From: Porphyridium purpureum
Lineage: Eukaryota
Direction: 5' to 3'
Length of the DNA: 64,000 nucleotides
Assembly (NCBI GenBank): GCA_008690995.1
Contig: VRMN01000010.1
Coordinates: 434,001 to 498,000 of the forward strand
Part shown: positions 62,934-64,000 of the stretch, one piece after another
How the letters are laid out: the number at the start of each line of letters is the position of its first letter
Position numbering within the stretch: position 1 is the first letter of the stretch
Notes under the pieces: model-generated
Seen by the model: only the letters and a program-made list of their open reading frames with translations
The model's database searches: none
What the model was told of the DNA's origin: nothing
Made by a program: the position numbers and the translations under genes

Positions 62934-63932
62934 CTAATCGCGGTCCGGATGAAATACTTTTCGCTCCCCCGCGGCGTATGCGACCTCTTCTGAATCGGAG
63001 CGAGGGCTTCCGTGGTCTTGCCCTTGCCCATGCATCGCTTCGCTCTCCGTGTCGCCCGCAGCAGACGACGAAGCGTCGTCGTCGAAAAGGATGCTCAGGT
63101 CTTCGAAATCTGCCATGGTGTCGCGGGGAATCACGATTGGCTCCCTGGCGGGCGTGTCGTGACGGAATCGAATGAGAAACTTGTCGAACATGACGTGCTG
63201 CCTTAACGCTGGATGCCGCGCGAAGTAGACCGCCGAATCTAATAAGGTGCGCCAGTTCTCTTCACCCGTCTCGGCCAGTTGGCAATAGACCAGCGCCTGT
63301 GTAGAGTTGTTGAATACTTCGTGCTCGATCGACAAAGCGTAATGTCGCCGCATCACCTCCTCGAAAATCCGGTCAGACATCAAAATGCCTCGCGCTCCGT
63401 CTGCGCCGCGGCGAAATGCGTACGTCAACGGATAACACGAGATGTAGGATCGCATTTGACGCTTCAGAGCATCAGCATTTCTGTACTCCGCATCCTTTTT
63501 GAAATACGCTAGCGTACTCTCCAGCTTCATTTTCTTCAATCCGTGTGGCGGCTTCTCGGCCCACGTGGGGTCGACGCATGTTTTGCCACTGGGATCATCC
63601 CACGTGATCCTATTTTCGAATAGCGCCATGCATTCGTCATTTCCCCAAGCCGGTCCCCGGAACCCGTTGTGTCCTCGCCTGATCTCAAAGCACGGTTTGT
63701 GGATCACCAGCAGTTTTTCTTTTGTGTCTTCAGTGCGAGCGGCCCTCAGCTCCGCTTTCCTCCTAGCCTGGTACTCTTTGTACTGCCGAATCTTTTCGGC
63801 ATGCCGCGCACGGTCAAACGATCCGAAAGGTCTTTGCTTTGCGAGCACCGCGCTCACGTGAAGCCCACGCTGCCGCATGTTCGCTACGGCAGCCGTCAGT
63901 CTACCGCCACATGAGCCCATGGAGCATGACAT
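62934..63932 (-). CDS. Uncharacterised protein, tandem paralogue C
   Basis: Same conserved blocks; ends KVFHPDRD; presequence-like N-terminus (RQRGLHVSAV). Confidence 0.8.
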   Translation of the reverse strand: MSCSMGSCGGRLTAAVANMRQRGLHVSAVLAKQRPFGSFDRARHAEKIRQYKEYQARRKAELRAARTEDTKEKLLVIHKPCFEIRRGHNGFRGPAWGNDECMALFENRITWDDPSGKTCVDPTWAEKPPHGLKKMKLESTLAYFKKDAEYRNADALKRQMRSYISCYPLTYAFRRGADGARGILMSDRIFEEVMRRHYALSIEHEVFNNSTQALVYCQLAETGEENWRTLLDSAVYFARHPALRQHVMFDKFLIRFRHDTPAREPIVIPRDTMADFEDLSILFDDDASSSAAGDTESEAMHGQGQDHGSPRSDSEEVAYAAGERKVFHPDRD

Positions 63933-64000
63933 GACAGTCCGCCCGAGCAAAATGCGCCCGACGGACTCGTTGAATCCAGCGGGGTCAAGTTTACTCCCTG

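Overview
Gene-dense, GC-rich, almost intron-free eukaryotic DNA. Plastid-type N-terminal extensions (MxAF/MF starts), cyanobacterial-type genes and the compactness suggest a unicellular red alga such as Porphyridium (inference). About 25 protein genes are supportable, including housekeeping genes (NAT10/KRE33, H2A.Z, RPC1, Vps18-like, NDUFB3, FTase beta, PECT, YgfZ-like, AAE3-like, TauE). Four features stand out. (1) At 28.6-38.3 kb an EEVS-type sugar-phosphate cyclase is divergent from a two-domain methyltransferase and followed on the same strand by DHAR, Nudix, PIN-RNase and a bacterial-type homocysteine S-methyltransferase, a possible metabolite/stress cluster. (2) A degenerate photolyase-like domain is fused to a RUS/DUF647 domain. 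(3) Three tandem paralogues carry RNase H1 hybrid-binding-like repeats and a conserved C-terminal HPD motif. (4) A nested transposon remnant (Tc1/mariner inside an inverted-repeat element with a 16-bp array) lies between two MYB paralogues, and its AAACCG-type motif recurs in intergenic regions. All family calls come from motif recognition by eye; no database search was run.
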